The position numbers were made by a program, and so were the translations under genes. Of a stretch of 64,000 bases of DNA, positions 43,863 through 56,600 are shown piece by piece. Origin of the DNA: Paraphysomonas bandaiensis (taxonomy: Eukaryota; Protista; Chrysophyceae); the NCBI GenBank assembly GCA_965644295.1, contig CBFFRP010000184.1, positions 62,001 to 126,000 of the forward strand. The letters run 5' to 3'. Position 1 is the first letter of the stretch. Each line of letters opens with the position of its first letter. Under the pieces are notes generated by a model. That model had not been told where the DNA came from and made no database searches. It was given only the letters and a program-made list of their open reading frames with translations.

Positions 43863-45045
43863 TTATTCTATAGACCCAGTAGAATTGACAGCTAGCCTTT
43901 CTATGTGTTGGGTGGCCTCAGAATTACCTGTCGCCGCAGAGAGGTGATAGAAGTGTATTGCTTTCTCCACATTTACAGGAACACCACATCCCATTTCATA
44001 CATCCTTGCTAAATTATATGCCGCTCCACTATGCCCCTGTTCAATCGCTAATTGATAGAACATCATAGCTCGCGCATAGTCTACCCGCACACCACGGCCT
44101 GTCTCGTAAAACCTTCCCACATAATACAGGCAAGAAGGGTGTCCCTGCTCAGCGGACATAGAATAGTAGCGTATTGCCTCTTCGTTGTCTTGAGATACCC
44201 CCCAACCTCGCTCATAACATACCCCCATGTTACACTGAGCAACAGGATCTCCTTGTTGGGCTGCCATGAGGAAGCAACGAGCAGCTTGGTCAAAATCACG
44301 ATGTATTCCCTCCGCCCGCTCGAAACAGACACCAAGATTGCACTGTGCAACTGCGAGTCCTTTGGAAGCTGCATCATGGAAGTATGATACTGCAAGGGAA
44401 TGGTCCTTATTAACTCCTGTTCCGTATATATGACACAGACCAAAGAAGCACTGAATGTGGGGATTGGTAGATCGTGCTGGGTCTTCATGTACCCACCGTT
44501 GGACATCGCGAGACAGACTCTCAGCGCGCTGACTATCAGGCGGTATAAGACTCGTAGTGGTGGTCATGAGTACAGCACAAGTATATGCCTTAGCGACGTA
44601 ATTGTCGTCCTTACAAAGTTGGTTGAGTTGTTCCCACGCATCGAGCTTGCCGCACCTAGAACGCATGAACAGCTGTTCTAGCATACTGTCATCGATGACC
44701 TCACCAGGTGTGAGGTCGCCGCAAATGCTCTAAAATACATAATTACACAATTACTCTGATACAAATAACAATTCCTACCGCTACATCGATATTTGATTTC
44801 TGCGGGAGGTAAAACTGGATAGCCTCACGAAGAGCGCTGTTGGGTATGAGCACGCGCTCTGATTCCGTCAGGATATTACCCGTCATTGGGTTAGTGTTTT
44901 GCTTGCGCAGCCATTTCTCTATCGCCGTCCTCTCATATGTGAATCCTGTTGTTCCTAGAATGACCGGATCTCTCATCATCTCATATGTTATGCTGCAGCA
45001 GAAAGACGGAAGAATATTATCACACTCATCACAGAATTCTGTCAT
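43863..45045 (-). CDS. U-box + Sel1-like repeat protein (putative E3 ubiquitin ligase; 2 exons)
   Basis: FCCSITYEMMRDPV...TYERTAIEKWL...NPMTG...LIPNSALREAI (U-box). A short intron precedes SICGDL. About 5 Sel1 repeats (AQCNLGVCFERAEG; AAYNLARMYEMGCGV). Confidence 0.92.
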
Positions 45046-46098
45046 TACGACAATAATAAAATGTGACTGAATCTATCTATACTCCGGACACAATATATAT
45101 GTCCAGTTAGCCGAGTAAGTTGACGCTCTTAAGTCCCAGCGGTTGAAATAGTCCGATCAAACTGATATACGCACATACAAAACTAATACGATGTCCAGCA
45201 GGTATGCATGTATATGTACAGAGTATATATACTCTACGCTGCTGTATATATGCACAACTGTATTTGAGTGCACAACTAGAAAAACACGGAACGGAGAATT
45301 ACTCCTCCGTGGCATCATTCCTACCACACGAAACTATCTTATGGTAGGGCAGTACATATACACTGTATTATACAGTTACAGGTTCGGTCACCATGTCCAC
45401 CTGCCCGTGAATGTTATCATCTCATACAATCCATTCATACAATCCATTCATGCAATCCATTCATGGAATGCGATCATGTCGTTAATTACACTATCGGAGA
45501 TATTGCTTCGGTAATTTTATATGATTGCCATGACTACAATACTCCATTTAGGGGCTCGACATCACTCCTGTTATGTGTCTAAACTACAGAGTTAGTCCGG
45601 TATGGATTCTTTTCGACGTAGCGCTGATTAAACAGATATAGCATTTCAGTTGGTAAGATTTTGTGACGCTATCACGCATTTCGCTTCAGATCGTATAGAT
45701 GGATTTTGAAAATGCCTATTATATAATTACGTTGATCACACTACATTTACGACATCCACTCAATAAAAATGCGCACATGTTGTATTTTGTGATGTTTAAT
45801 GAAGTAGCTTTTAGGGTGCTCTCCATAAAGCCACAGCCCTTGTTATATACTATTGTGTAAATAATACCATTCAATATGAGTTTAAAGCTTAAAGGTTGGT
45901 ATGTACCTATGTACAAATTACAAATGCACTACTCCTAGGTTCTAGGTAGAATGCACAATATTATCAAAGAAAGCTAATGTATACTTGCTACTTAAGATTT
46001 ATCATGTTACGACATTAAGTTCTTCAATAATTCTCTGCCCTACGATGGCAAATACAGTCCAACATAAAGTTTCACCCTATTAACCAGCTCCAAGCCCA

Positions 46099-47427
46099 AT
46101 GTCTCTATTGAGACCGTGGCTGAGTCACATCAGTGTGCCCAGGGCCTTTTACACTCCCTTACTGCTGCATTTTGTTGACCACCACGCTTCCGACAAATTA
46201 CCTGTCACACCATGTTGTACACGCTCCAAGTCCCCCTGCCTGGCCTTGCAACCTTCACCCTACTCAACTACTTCAGTTAAACAACGTGCCTGCACCAATG
46301 CAGCGCTGACCGCATGCATATGCTATCACCTAAGGAGACACCTTCGTCTCCTACACGGTTCTCTACGGATACAACCACTTACAGCATGGCTCGTGCGAGC
46401 AGATCCACGCAAACGGCCCCCATGTACCTTCTCTGCAACCCCTGTCTCCTCTCGACACCTCTCCACTGCACAACAGGGCCGTCTCCTGACGACAACCCAG
46501 CCCAACCCAACATGGTTTGTCTGTGGTCCATCCACCCAGCAGGCTACCCCCTCACCCTGTTCACCTATCACCCCCACAGCCCATCCATCTCATTGGATAG
46601 ACACTGTATTCCGCATACGGTATACTCGACTACTGTACTACTGTGTCCTACAGGATGTATACCATTCCGTGTATACCTCTACTGCTGTTGGACACATCAC
46701 CATGTCCATGTACCTGTCTACCTGTACTGTTGGACACATCACCATGTCCATGTACCTGTATACCGGTACTGTTGGACACATCACCAGCTCTCTCTCTCTG
46801 TCCAACACACTCATAACACCACTGCAGTGTCATACACACACACAGTACACTCTACCTCCTCCTAGAAAACCCCCAGACAAACCATCTCCCCTCCCTTCGT
46901 CTCTGATACCTTGCCGTCATCTTCCTTACACACACTCTCTATGCCTCAGTCTGTACCCCCCTGCACCAACACAGACACTAACAAGAGCAGCTGAGGACGT
47001 CCGAGTGTCTCCTCCAGACCATCATCATCATCACGATCATCTCGTGCATAGGTCTATCAGAGTACTCGACCTCAGTGACTCTTGTTCTGTTGCGCAGTCT
47101 CACTCCCCTCAATCAGATGTTGCCTCTCTTGCACCATCACACTCCCTCTCGACTCCCTGTAGCTGGACACACCGGATGACCCTCACATCCCACCCCTGTA
47201 CAGCTATACACCCTCTTGCATGTGTTCTCTACCGCTGGCTAAGACAGCAAAAGAGCCGATTTCGACGCTTCTTCACAGTAGGCCATAACCTTTTGCAAGA
47301 CCTTCATCCACATACCTCCGAGCCACTTGGAACAATGCCTAAAGGAAGGCCACCAGATCGCCAATCTCAGAAGGGCATATTACTGTTTCCCCTAACTGCC
47401 ATAAGGCTAATAAGTCAGTCCCCGTGA
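46099..47427 (+). other. C-rich low-complexity 442-codon ORF with a 42-bp tandem repeat; possibly TE-derived, coding status uncertain
   Basis: No recognisable domain. About 2.5 copies of a 42-bp unit (TVGHITMSMYL..) at about 46685-46786. RKPPD and RPPD motifs. It lies about 130 bp upstream of dispersed repeat copy B. Confidence 0.3.
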
Positions 47428-47554
47428 GGTACATAAGGCTATCTATCATATAGCGAGTGGAGTCTCATCCCAAGAGGAGACCTCCAGATCACACGCGCCG
47501 GTGAGTCCCAGGACACACGATCATGGCGAGCCTCATAACACACACTAAGAACGG

Positions 47555-47719
47555 AAGTGGTTGCACCTTGGTGCTTGCGGCGACGCACAAGCAGCTTCTG
47601 TAGCGTTAAATAGTAGGATAAAAGAGTTTGTATTGATTAGTTACGGGTAGTAGTCTAACTAGTATGACTAGCATTCTTCTAGCCACTAATTGGTGCAGGC
47701 TTTCAACGCCTATTGCTAA
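47555..47719 (+). repeat. Dispersed repeat family, copy B (partial)
   Basis: AAGTGGTTGCACCTTGGTGCTTGCGGCGACGCAC...TAAATAGTAGGATA and ACGCCTATTGCTAA are shared with 18245-18355. Confidence 0.85.
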
Positions 47720-48070
47720 ATAATCAGACATTCAATATATATTAAGTTCTTCTCATACTCACGATTTTCTGTTAAGAATGTATGACTCAAGATGTATGAA
47801 CTCATAATCTTAAAGCTTCACATTGCAGCATAGAAATAGAAAATATCTTTGACAACCACCAATCGTCGATGTCGTATTGGCATTTATTCTGTATTTATTC
47901 ATTGTACAGTATGTGATCATAACGGATAATTTCTAATAGAAATAACGCAACCATGAATTATCACGCTTACAAGATACACTATTTTTTGTATTACGAAAGA
48001 GCAGGAAAAGAACACCTAAATACCTAAATTATGTTTTTTATCGTGTTCTATAATATCTTTCACATGTCAG

Positions 48071-50237
48071 TTACAGAATATGATAAGAATCGGAGGCTTC
48101 TTGAAGAGCTCTACTCCGAACTGCCACTGTACCAGTACGAATATACTCCCGATATTCCTCCTCCGACATATCTTCGAACGATATAAGTGAGTTCGTCTTG
48201 GAGTTACCCTTAACAGCACTGTGTATTGATTCGGTAGTCGCTGGTGGCAATTGACCTGAAGGCAAAATAGTCTGCTCGATCTCAGAAGGCATCTCCCATT
48301 GAGTTACCCTGATGACAACGATAAAAAATGAGGAGTAGTTCTCGCGAGAGAAGCACATTACCCTGAGTCAGGATTATAATAGTACTTCAGACCAGATGAC
48401 GGGTCATTAAATTGTATCCATTTTTCGGACGGAAGGCCTCCTCCTCGATGTATAGTAAAACAAACATGCTCTCCTACATCTGAAGGGTCATGAGCACATC
48501 AACATAACAGGTATAAAACAATATATAAACCTTCTAAATTATCATCTTCTTCGTTGTATTCATCATTACCGTATTCGGAAACCATTTCAGGTAAGTCCGG
48601 TTTGCGAATCCTGAAAGCAAATCGTTATTACAATACAATACCTATTCGACACATACATTTTCTCTTTACCCTTTACGAGCTCCTCGCTTGCTTCGTCACT
48701 ATCGGGATATAGTTTTCGGGTCGCGCTTTCTACTTCTGGAGATGCACACGGCACATTCTCAGGGGACATTTTTGCCTCCTCATAATCACGTCTGATTTCT
48801 GGACTACCACCACCAAGAACGACCGTATCCTCAGATATTTGTACTCGTTTCCTAGTACTATCACTGAGTTCTTTGATGCCTGGTGACGTATTGTGCCGCA
48901 CAGAAGATTCACCTGAAATAATTGTCAGAGAGCACGATGACGTTGAGCTGGCAGAAGATACCAATATTCATCGCTAAAGATGTAGTATTCGACTGTCCTG
49001 AGCCGCGCACTGCCATAAGAAGTGGCGTGGTGCACAAATATTCAGCAATTTCCAAAATTTGGGAATGGTTCATGAAGTCCATCAACCGAAGTGTGCACTC
49101 CTTTGATGATTTGTGTACCCTGCGTCGAGGGGTGCGATCTATCGACGGGCGTCCATGTAGAAGGGCATAATCGTCAGTTTCTTCGTTCTCCTTGTCAAAG
49201 GCCCCGTGTGACTCATCAGAGTGATGAAGAGTAAAGACTCCACATTCCAAGAGATAAACGATGTCATGTATATCAAGAGGTGGTCTTACAGCTCCCTTGG
49301 TGCCAGGAGACCGTGTTGAAGTTCCATGATCCTTTTCATGTTCGGCCACAGCGCAAATTAAATCATACAAACGCTTATCCCTTCTCCGGAGACCTCTTAG
49401 GGTTTCTGCCATCGGAAGTGTATCTGCTGCACTATTGGACCGAGCGCTTTTAGCCTCCGCTTTCTGAAGCAGCTCACGAAGGTACTCAACTTCCTGAGAT
49501 GAATCCTGCAAGCGAGCCATATATGCCCCCTCGAGCTCTGATGTGGCGGCTTGAGCTGTATCCAGCTCTTCGTTCAACTCAGCTATTTCACGAAGCAATT
49601 TTTTCACAATTTCATCGTTTTCTTCATTTTTTTTCTTGTCACTGACGTTCATTTGGGAGTGTTCTGGGCTCGGTTTCAACTCTGATATTAGCTGCTTATG
49701 CTCTTCAAGCTTTCTCATACACTGCTCAAGTTCAACACGTAAACGTTCATTTTGTGAAACAGCTTCAAATAGTTGGCGCGATAGTTTTTCATTTAGCAAA
49801 TGCTTGGATTCCTTGTGTGCTTTAAGCGTGTTTATAGTTTTTCTGAGTTGGTCGTTTTCCTTTTGTAGTTCGCTGTTGCCTGAGCTCTGACTGGCTTCCA
49901 ACTCATGGATTCTAGCTTTAAGGTTTTGAATTTGCTGCATGGAATCCTTGTGGAATTTAGCCTTTGCATATTCTAAATTATGCAGTGCAGCATCTTTAGT
50001 TTCTAACTCAAGCTCAAGTTTAGTGATCATAATATCTTTCTCGCTCATATCTGACTTAACAGGCATGCGAGCCACCCTCTCTATCTCTTCCTCTGTTGCG
50101 GATGATAACTTCCGTGTAATGGATGGCCTATCCTCATCAGCTTGCGTGTACTCCACATTTACCTCCTCTCCTTCACTCGTCTCGCACTCCTCATCGTCTT
50201 CAGAGATGCTTGCAAACCGTGACGTTAGTTTCGACAT
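48071..50237 (-). CDS. Coiled-coil protein of unknown function, multi-exon
   Basis: 442-aa E/K-rich first exon with heptad pattern, followed by same-strand ORFs 48587-48964 and 48071-48358 separated by GT-AG gaps. Confidence 0.75.
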
Positions 50238-50877
50238 GTGATAATCTAATCGTGAGTGTGCGCTGTGCTACTCTAAAGGGACCGATGCATTGCAGTGTTA
50301 CTGCCTGTGGGTAACGCCCATCAATCTTATTCTATTCTTCCTGTGAAATGTGTGTTGGTTGGTGTTGTACGGTTATATTGTGGTAGATATCATCTAGCTA
50401 TATCAGAGGGCTCATGGTCCTCATACGATACACTGCACTGTACCATATATATGCACTGTATGCACTGCGGTACTTCATAATTGTCGTCGCCAAATCCTTA
50501 GAAACTACTGCTGTACTACTGGAATACAATGACTCTTGCCTACGACGTATTTCTTATGTATTCTGCTGTATATAGTCTTATCATCTGATATGGTATACTG
50601 TATACCGGTATACAGTATGTCTAGGTTTGGATGCAAAGTGGTCGGTCTGTGTACAGCAGCAGCGTATGGTATGGAGGTGTATAGGTGGTACTCTTAACTC
50701 TCAGGTCACTCTCACTGGTCTGCTAATGACCCGGCTGACTTGACCAGGTAACTAACCATAACCACAGCGCAGTCAGCTGTATGCTGTCAGTCCCCTCTAC
50801 ACACATTCACAGATATGTACATATGCATACATGCGCAGTGTGTGTATATATAACTATATGTGATGACGAGTATATAT

Positions 50878-52472
50878 ATGAGCGCATATTTGAGTGTGTG
50901 TGTGGTGAGTGTGTGTGTGGCAGGGGGTGGTCCTGCGAGTGTCGACATCATCGCACAGGAGACTGGAGTAACCGTCACGTCAGCTTACTTAAATAGAGAA
51001 ATCAGTGTACCTCAATGGGCCTCAAATGCTTTCTCGTATGCGGCATATGAGCTCAACAATCACTCACAGGAGTGTAGTTTGGAGCTGTTGGGATTCGTTA
51101 AGAAGTCAACTCATTCCGGTGTGTTATTTCGTTTACGTTATTCACACGGCGTTGCGAGTGTGTATGCGGCGGATCCTCAATTCAGAGCGAAGTGTCTATA
51201 TAGAAAAATATCGGAAAAATGGCGACGAACTCATAAGATAGTTATGCTGGCATACTACTGTCCCGTGAGTAACTCTGAGATATGTATGGATCTTTCTGAG
51301 AAACATCGCCATTCAATTTTATTTAACTTACGTACAGTTTGCGTTGATGATTCAGACGATCGTGTTTATTGGGATAACCCTTTTAGGATGTTTATTAATC
51401 GCTTTCAATTGGTGGATCATTCTCCACGTATCGCTGTCTGCAGTGTTCGTCCTTATGGTACATCCAATCACACCATGGAAACTGCGATGCAAGCACTAAC
51501 CTGGGAGTGGTTGCAACATTATGTGTTATTGAACATGAGGGTATTCTTGTATGACCGTGTAGGAGTGTTTCGCTCTCTAGTAGAGGGGTTCGATCCTGCG
51601 AATGAAGATAAAATACACGGGATTATACATTACTACAACAGTACAATTTCTGCTGCCCTGCAGTATGGATTACCGGGATCAGCTGTCGCGAGCATTCCCT
51701 CAAGCGGCGTCAATATTCACGAGGCAGATGACGACAAGGTGATACAGATGTTATTATTGAGAATGTTTATTATATATAATTATTATTCAGCATAATTGTT
51801 AATATTTTGTAGGTATTTACTCTTACACACTGTCGTTTTGAAGCGCGTTCTCTCTTTCAAATTGAAAACGTATTGGTGGTTGACACCGACGAATTTATAT
51901 ACTGTCGTGGTAAGAGTAAGTCTAATATATCCTATTCGAGTCAAATCCAGGGCATCAACACATTATTGAGTGATATGAAGACGTCAGGTGCACAAGAGTT
52001 GCACCTGCTTCAGACACTGCCTTACCTTGCCTACGGTGTCGAAAATATACTAGATTGCGTGGTCAGTGCTGTGCGTAGTAACAAGGAGTTCAACTATCAC
52101 ATCTCGGGTCTAAGAGTATACAATAGCGCGTTACCGGATGCCACATCTCTGTTCAAATGTTTTGGTCCGATCAGTTCTTATGCTCACTACTTTAAATCAA
52201 TTTCGTATGGATTCATATGTCCTGCTACTGGATTTCATCACTCCTGCGAGCAAAGAAGTGCACTGAATATAACATCAAATGTGCTGAATGGGGAGTATAT
52301 TCAAGGGTGCCATTGCAATAGTCGAATTAACAGAGTGTGCGTTGCTGCCCACTTTACAATCGTTCAACTTAGATACACGCGAACTCCTCATAAACTTGTG
52401 AATGTGCGGCGTTTTAAAGGTATGCAATCAGAGTTGTACAATTTGATCGCAGAAAGGAAATCATTTCAATGA
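50878..52472 (+). CDS. Glycosyltransferase family 92 / GT-A-like protein with N-terminal signal (2 exons)
   Basis: Hydrophobic N-terminus; WEWLQHY...VFLYDR; intron at about 51739-51812; THCRF...VLVVDTDEFIY (DxD). Confidence 0.7.
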
Positions 52473-53035
52473 AACACGGGACTAAGTTTGCGGGGCGTGT
52501 ATTACACGACTTAGTAATTGAGAATTAGACATTGTACATACAGCAACTCCGTAATATAAATATGTGCCGATATAAGTATGTAATGTAAACTAGACCATTC
52601 ATAGATGCCATATATTAGTCAATAATAGATTAACTGTATGACCACCCAACGAATGTATAACACACTTCTATGTTATCGACTATTGCAAACTTTAAGATGC
52701 TATGACTAAATATCCTGCAAGTAGTATAAGCATGCTATTTTGGAACTAGCAATAATTCATAATTCTGAGCATCACCATGACTTGCGCTGGTAGCCCTATC
52801 TTTCTCTACTAGGGTAATAAAAAGCGCAATAGCAGCTTTATAACACTTGAGATATGACTGTATATACTACACTTGAAGTCTTAAATTCATATCTACTCCA
52901 CTTATTTCCTCTTACATAATTCTAGAAACATCTTACCCAGCCACAAACATCCAGTTTTCCTTGATATTAATACCAATGTAAGAACACCTTAATATCCTAT
53001 ATACTATACACCCCAATAACTCTCTACAGAATATA

Positions 53036-53238
53036 TACCCTACTATTATTTAACGCGACGAAAGTATCTCATGCGTCACCACAAGCACCAAGGTACAACC
53101 ACTTTCTCTCTATCACTCAAAGCAAATGCAATGAGCAAGCAGAATGTTGACATATCTGACATCTGCTGACTTCAGGATTTTTGAGTCCTTAAGGTGAACA
53201 GCCCCGATGCTTGACTTCAGCAGGAAGCCCAATATCCC
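53036..53238 (-). repeat. Dispersed repeat family, copy C (inverted)
   Basis: The reverse complement matches 18111-18310. Confidence 0.85.
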
Positions 53239-53689
53239 AAGGAGAGAGGAAAAGTGCAAGCCTTTTTCACCCCCCAAACTTCCCTGAGCCAGACTTTCTC
53301 TTTTACAATCCCCACTTTTGGTCTAACTAAAACTTTTAGCTACCTCTTCACATATTGCTACCTACGTCGTTTTCATGTACTATACTGGTTCAACAGACCA
53401 CCACCAATACCTAAATTGTCCAGCGAGTGGCTCTGGTTGCAATATATGCAGCACTTCTTTTAAGTCAAACGAAAGCAAGACAAAAACTGACAGCCACTTT
53501 TAAATAATGCTATATTAAATATTGCTACGACTTACGCAAATACCATATCGGATTCCGCAGATGCACAACAAAATACATCCGTGATGCACACCTCGTTCTT
53601 ACTCTACAGAAAGTAGAATCGCAACCCCATGTTTTACAACGTCACATGAGCTTCTACACAGACAATATAAGAAATATTTCGACATGACC

Positions 53690-56600
53690 TTATTTTTTTC
53701 TCGACTTGCTCTTAGAACCCTTCTTTTTCTGTACTTTGGGCCGATCTCTATCAAGTTCATCGTCATAGAGAGGTTCATCATCAGTTTTTACTTTATCGTA
53801 TTTCACCGCCTGGTCCAAACAAAATAAACGTGTTGCAACCATTCCTAAGGTTGGATGCCGAAGTGCGTAGAGTCGAGAGGGCATACAACACATTAACTTC
53901 GCTCCCGTGGTTTTGAACCACGAGGATCGGACACCATATTCGAGCATCAATTGACACTCCATTAGTTGCGTGGCGTCTGCTGCAGACGTGACAGCGTATT
54001 TCCATGCTGCTGCAAACGATGACGACTCATATCCTGTCGGCAGTATCACCCCACTGCCCATCCCCGGAACTCCTCTTCCCCACCTTTCCTCTGACTCGTC
54101 AATAGAACCATAGGGAAGAGCCGCGTGCACCATAAGCATCGCTGACTTGAGAACTGCGAGATCAGAATTATTGCTACTATGCCCTGGAAGGGGCTGGTAG
54201 TTCAGAGGAACCCCCCCAACAGTGTGAGTATTATGTCGACCAGTTAGAGTATAGTATTTGAATGCCGTCAGAGATTTTAGTATCTCTGGTACAATATCAG
54301 GGCCGCATCCCCTTCCCTCAAGCCTCTCTCGTTCTTCAGTTTCCTGTTTTTGCTCTTGAACCATGGCACGTGTGCCTTGATTATATGACAATAGCGAGCT
54401 TTCCTCAACCCAAGTGTCGTACTCCGTCCCCCAACCGATGAATCGAACTTTGTATTGCATAGCTACGTTTCCGTCTTCGGAATCAGGAAAATGACGAGAA
54501 CGAACGCCGGTTACCCGCCCCTCCCACCATTTATCCTTTCTTAGTATAAAAACACGAGACCCCGCCGTATAGAGTGGCTCGGTTTCAACTGAACTGGTGA
54601 CCGACTTGTCATTAGTCGGCTGAATATGTTGTCTCTTCGAATCCTCAAGCGAAGCACGAGGGCTGGAAGAACGCTTACGCTTCTCTCGTAGTACAGGCAA
54701 AACGTTCTCTGCAGGCAAGTCGGATTCATCCCACTCGCCTTCATCATCATCTTCGTCGTTCTCATCAGCAGTACAATCTCTAATATCTACTTCCTCATAT
54801 ACATCCTCCTCTTGCTGACAGCTGGTATTCGTTGTATCTTCAACTTGTACTGGTGCACTGGCATCAACACCCTCCATGTCGACTGCATAGTCACGAACAA
54901 GAGACAAGTATTCCTCAGAATGTAAGAGCAAATCATAAAGATTATCTGTCCGCTCGCCGCACTCGTACAAAGTTTGCTGTGCATTTTTCTCTATTTTGGC
55001 ACTGAGGTCCGAAGCGTCACTATATAGTACTTTCAAAGCTCTTTTTACAGTCTTTTCTGTTCCATTATCTTCGTCCAAACTGAGAATAATATATGCAATA
55101 TCAGCTGTTGAGTCAAATACTTTCCACTTCAGACACATACTGTCGGGCTGAATAGGGTCTGGCATGTTGTGTACACTACACTCATGATCTGGTATTTCAG
55201 ACGTCAGTGCTTTGCCCAGAGAGGACAGAGTCAATTTATTCACAGCATGATGATCCAAAGAATCGACTTTGTTGGTCGACATCTCAGATTCGATATATGC
55301 TTTATTCTGCTCTTCTCTAGTACACACAAACAGACTTCTAGTTCCTGGAAACACATAATATACATTTCCATTTCGGTCATAGCCAAGAGATATAACTTTG
55401 CCACGAGCAATACCACATAACACGTCAGCCAATTTTCGATCCTCCGCGACGTCAACTTTGGTCGATGCTTGAGCTTCTGCTTGTCGCTTGAGCTGGAGTT
55501 TGACTCTTTCTTCTTCCTTTTTGCGTTCAACTTGTTTGTTGTATGCAACGAGTCGGGCTACATGCATGCTCTCCGCGCAACACTCATGAACAACTAGAGA
55601 GCCCTTTACGATATCCACTTTGATATTCTTGGGAGGCTGATGTACAATTTTCGATAGCACACCATCAATAGCAACATCATCAGATGACTCCAATCTCACA
55701 GCTTCCAAGAGCATCGCAGAATCTGATTTATTAACTGGAAGCCAAGACGTTATCACCTTTTTCTTTGGAACTTCAGTGGAATCCTCACTTTTCTCCTTTT
55801 CGGCCATTTGTTTCCAGTCTATCCACTCGTCCCAGTTCGGACCATAAACAAATCGGCTACAAAGCATTTTTTCCGTGAACCCACACCAAGCGCACGTTGT
55901 TCCCGGTTCCAAGTCACTACATTTAGAGGTTGACATATCTCCATCCATCTCCATCGCACTGGAGGTTTCACCCGTCTCACAAGAAGACTCGCTATTGATG
56001 GATATGATTTCCTTTGCGCCATCGTGAAAGCGGTCGCTAAAGGATGTCAGCCATTCTTTCATATCTAAATCATCAGCCGGCCGAGGGAGGGTCGCTTTGA
56101 CCATAGTATGAAGGATACACCCTGGCGCGAGGTATGACACAGTGGCAGAAGGTAATCGTAGACTTGTGGGTTTATCACAATTTCTAACATCCTTCACCTC
56201 GTTATTCTCCCCCTTCTGTGTACCTCCAGGGCTGGACGAACTAACGACTTCTTCATTCTCGTCACTTTCACGAAACACATCTTCGCTTTGAGCCAATTCG
56301 CTCTCAATTTTCTCCACGAGTGTGAGTGCAAACATTGCATCTTCTTTCCCACGGCGATTCGAGCGATTTCTAGTTTCCCAGCTGTGCTTTAGTTCATCTA
56401 TCGCTGTTCGCGGATTGTCAGTGACTGGGGGCACACAGGAGGGTGGTGGCATGTCCTGATTTCCATCCAATGGCTTATTTTGCTTCTCATTATCCGAAGT
56501 TTCACTTTCGACTTTAGGATGAGATTGCTCATTCTCGAGATCAGAAATTTTGCCGTCACTGATAGCCTTCAATTCATCCGCTGTGAATAAGTTGTCCTCA

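Noticed and set aside
46685-46786. CRISPR-like repeat array
   Set aside because: It is a simple 42-bp tandem repeat without unique spacers, in eukaryotic DNA with no cas genes.
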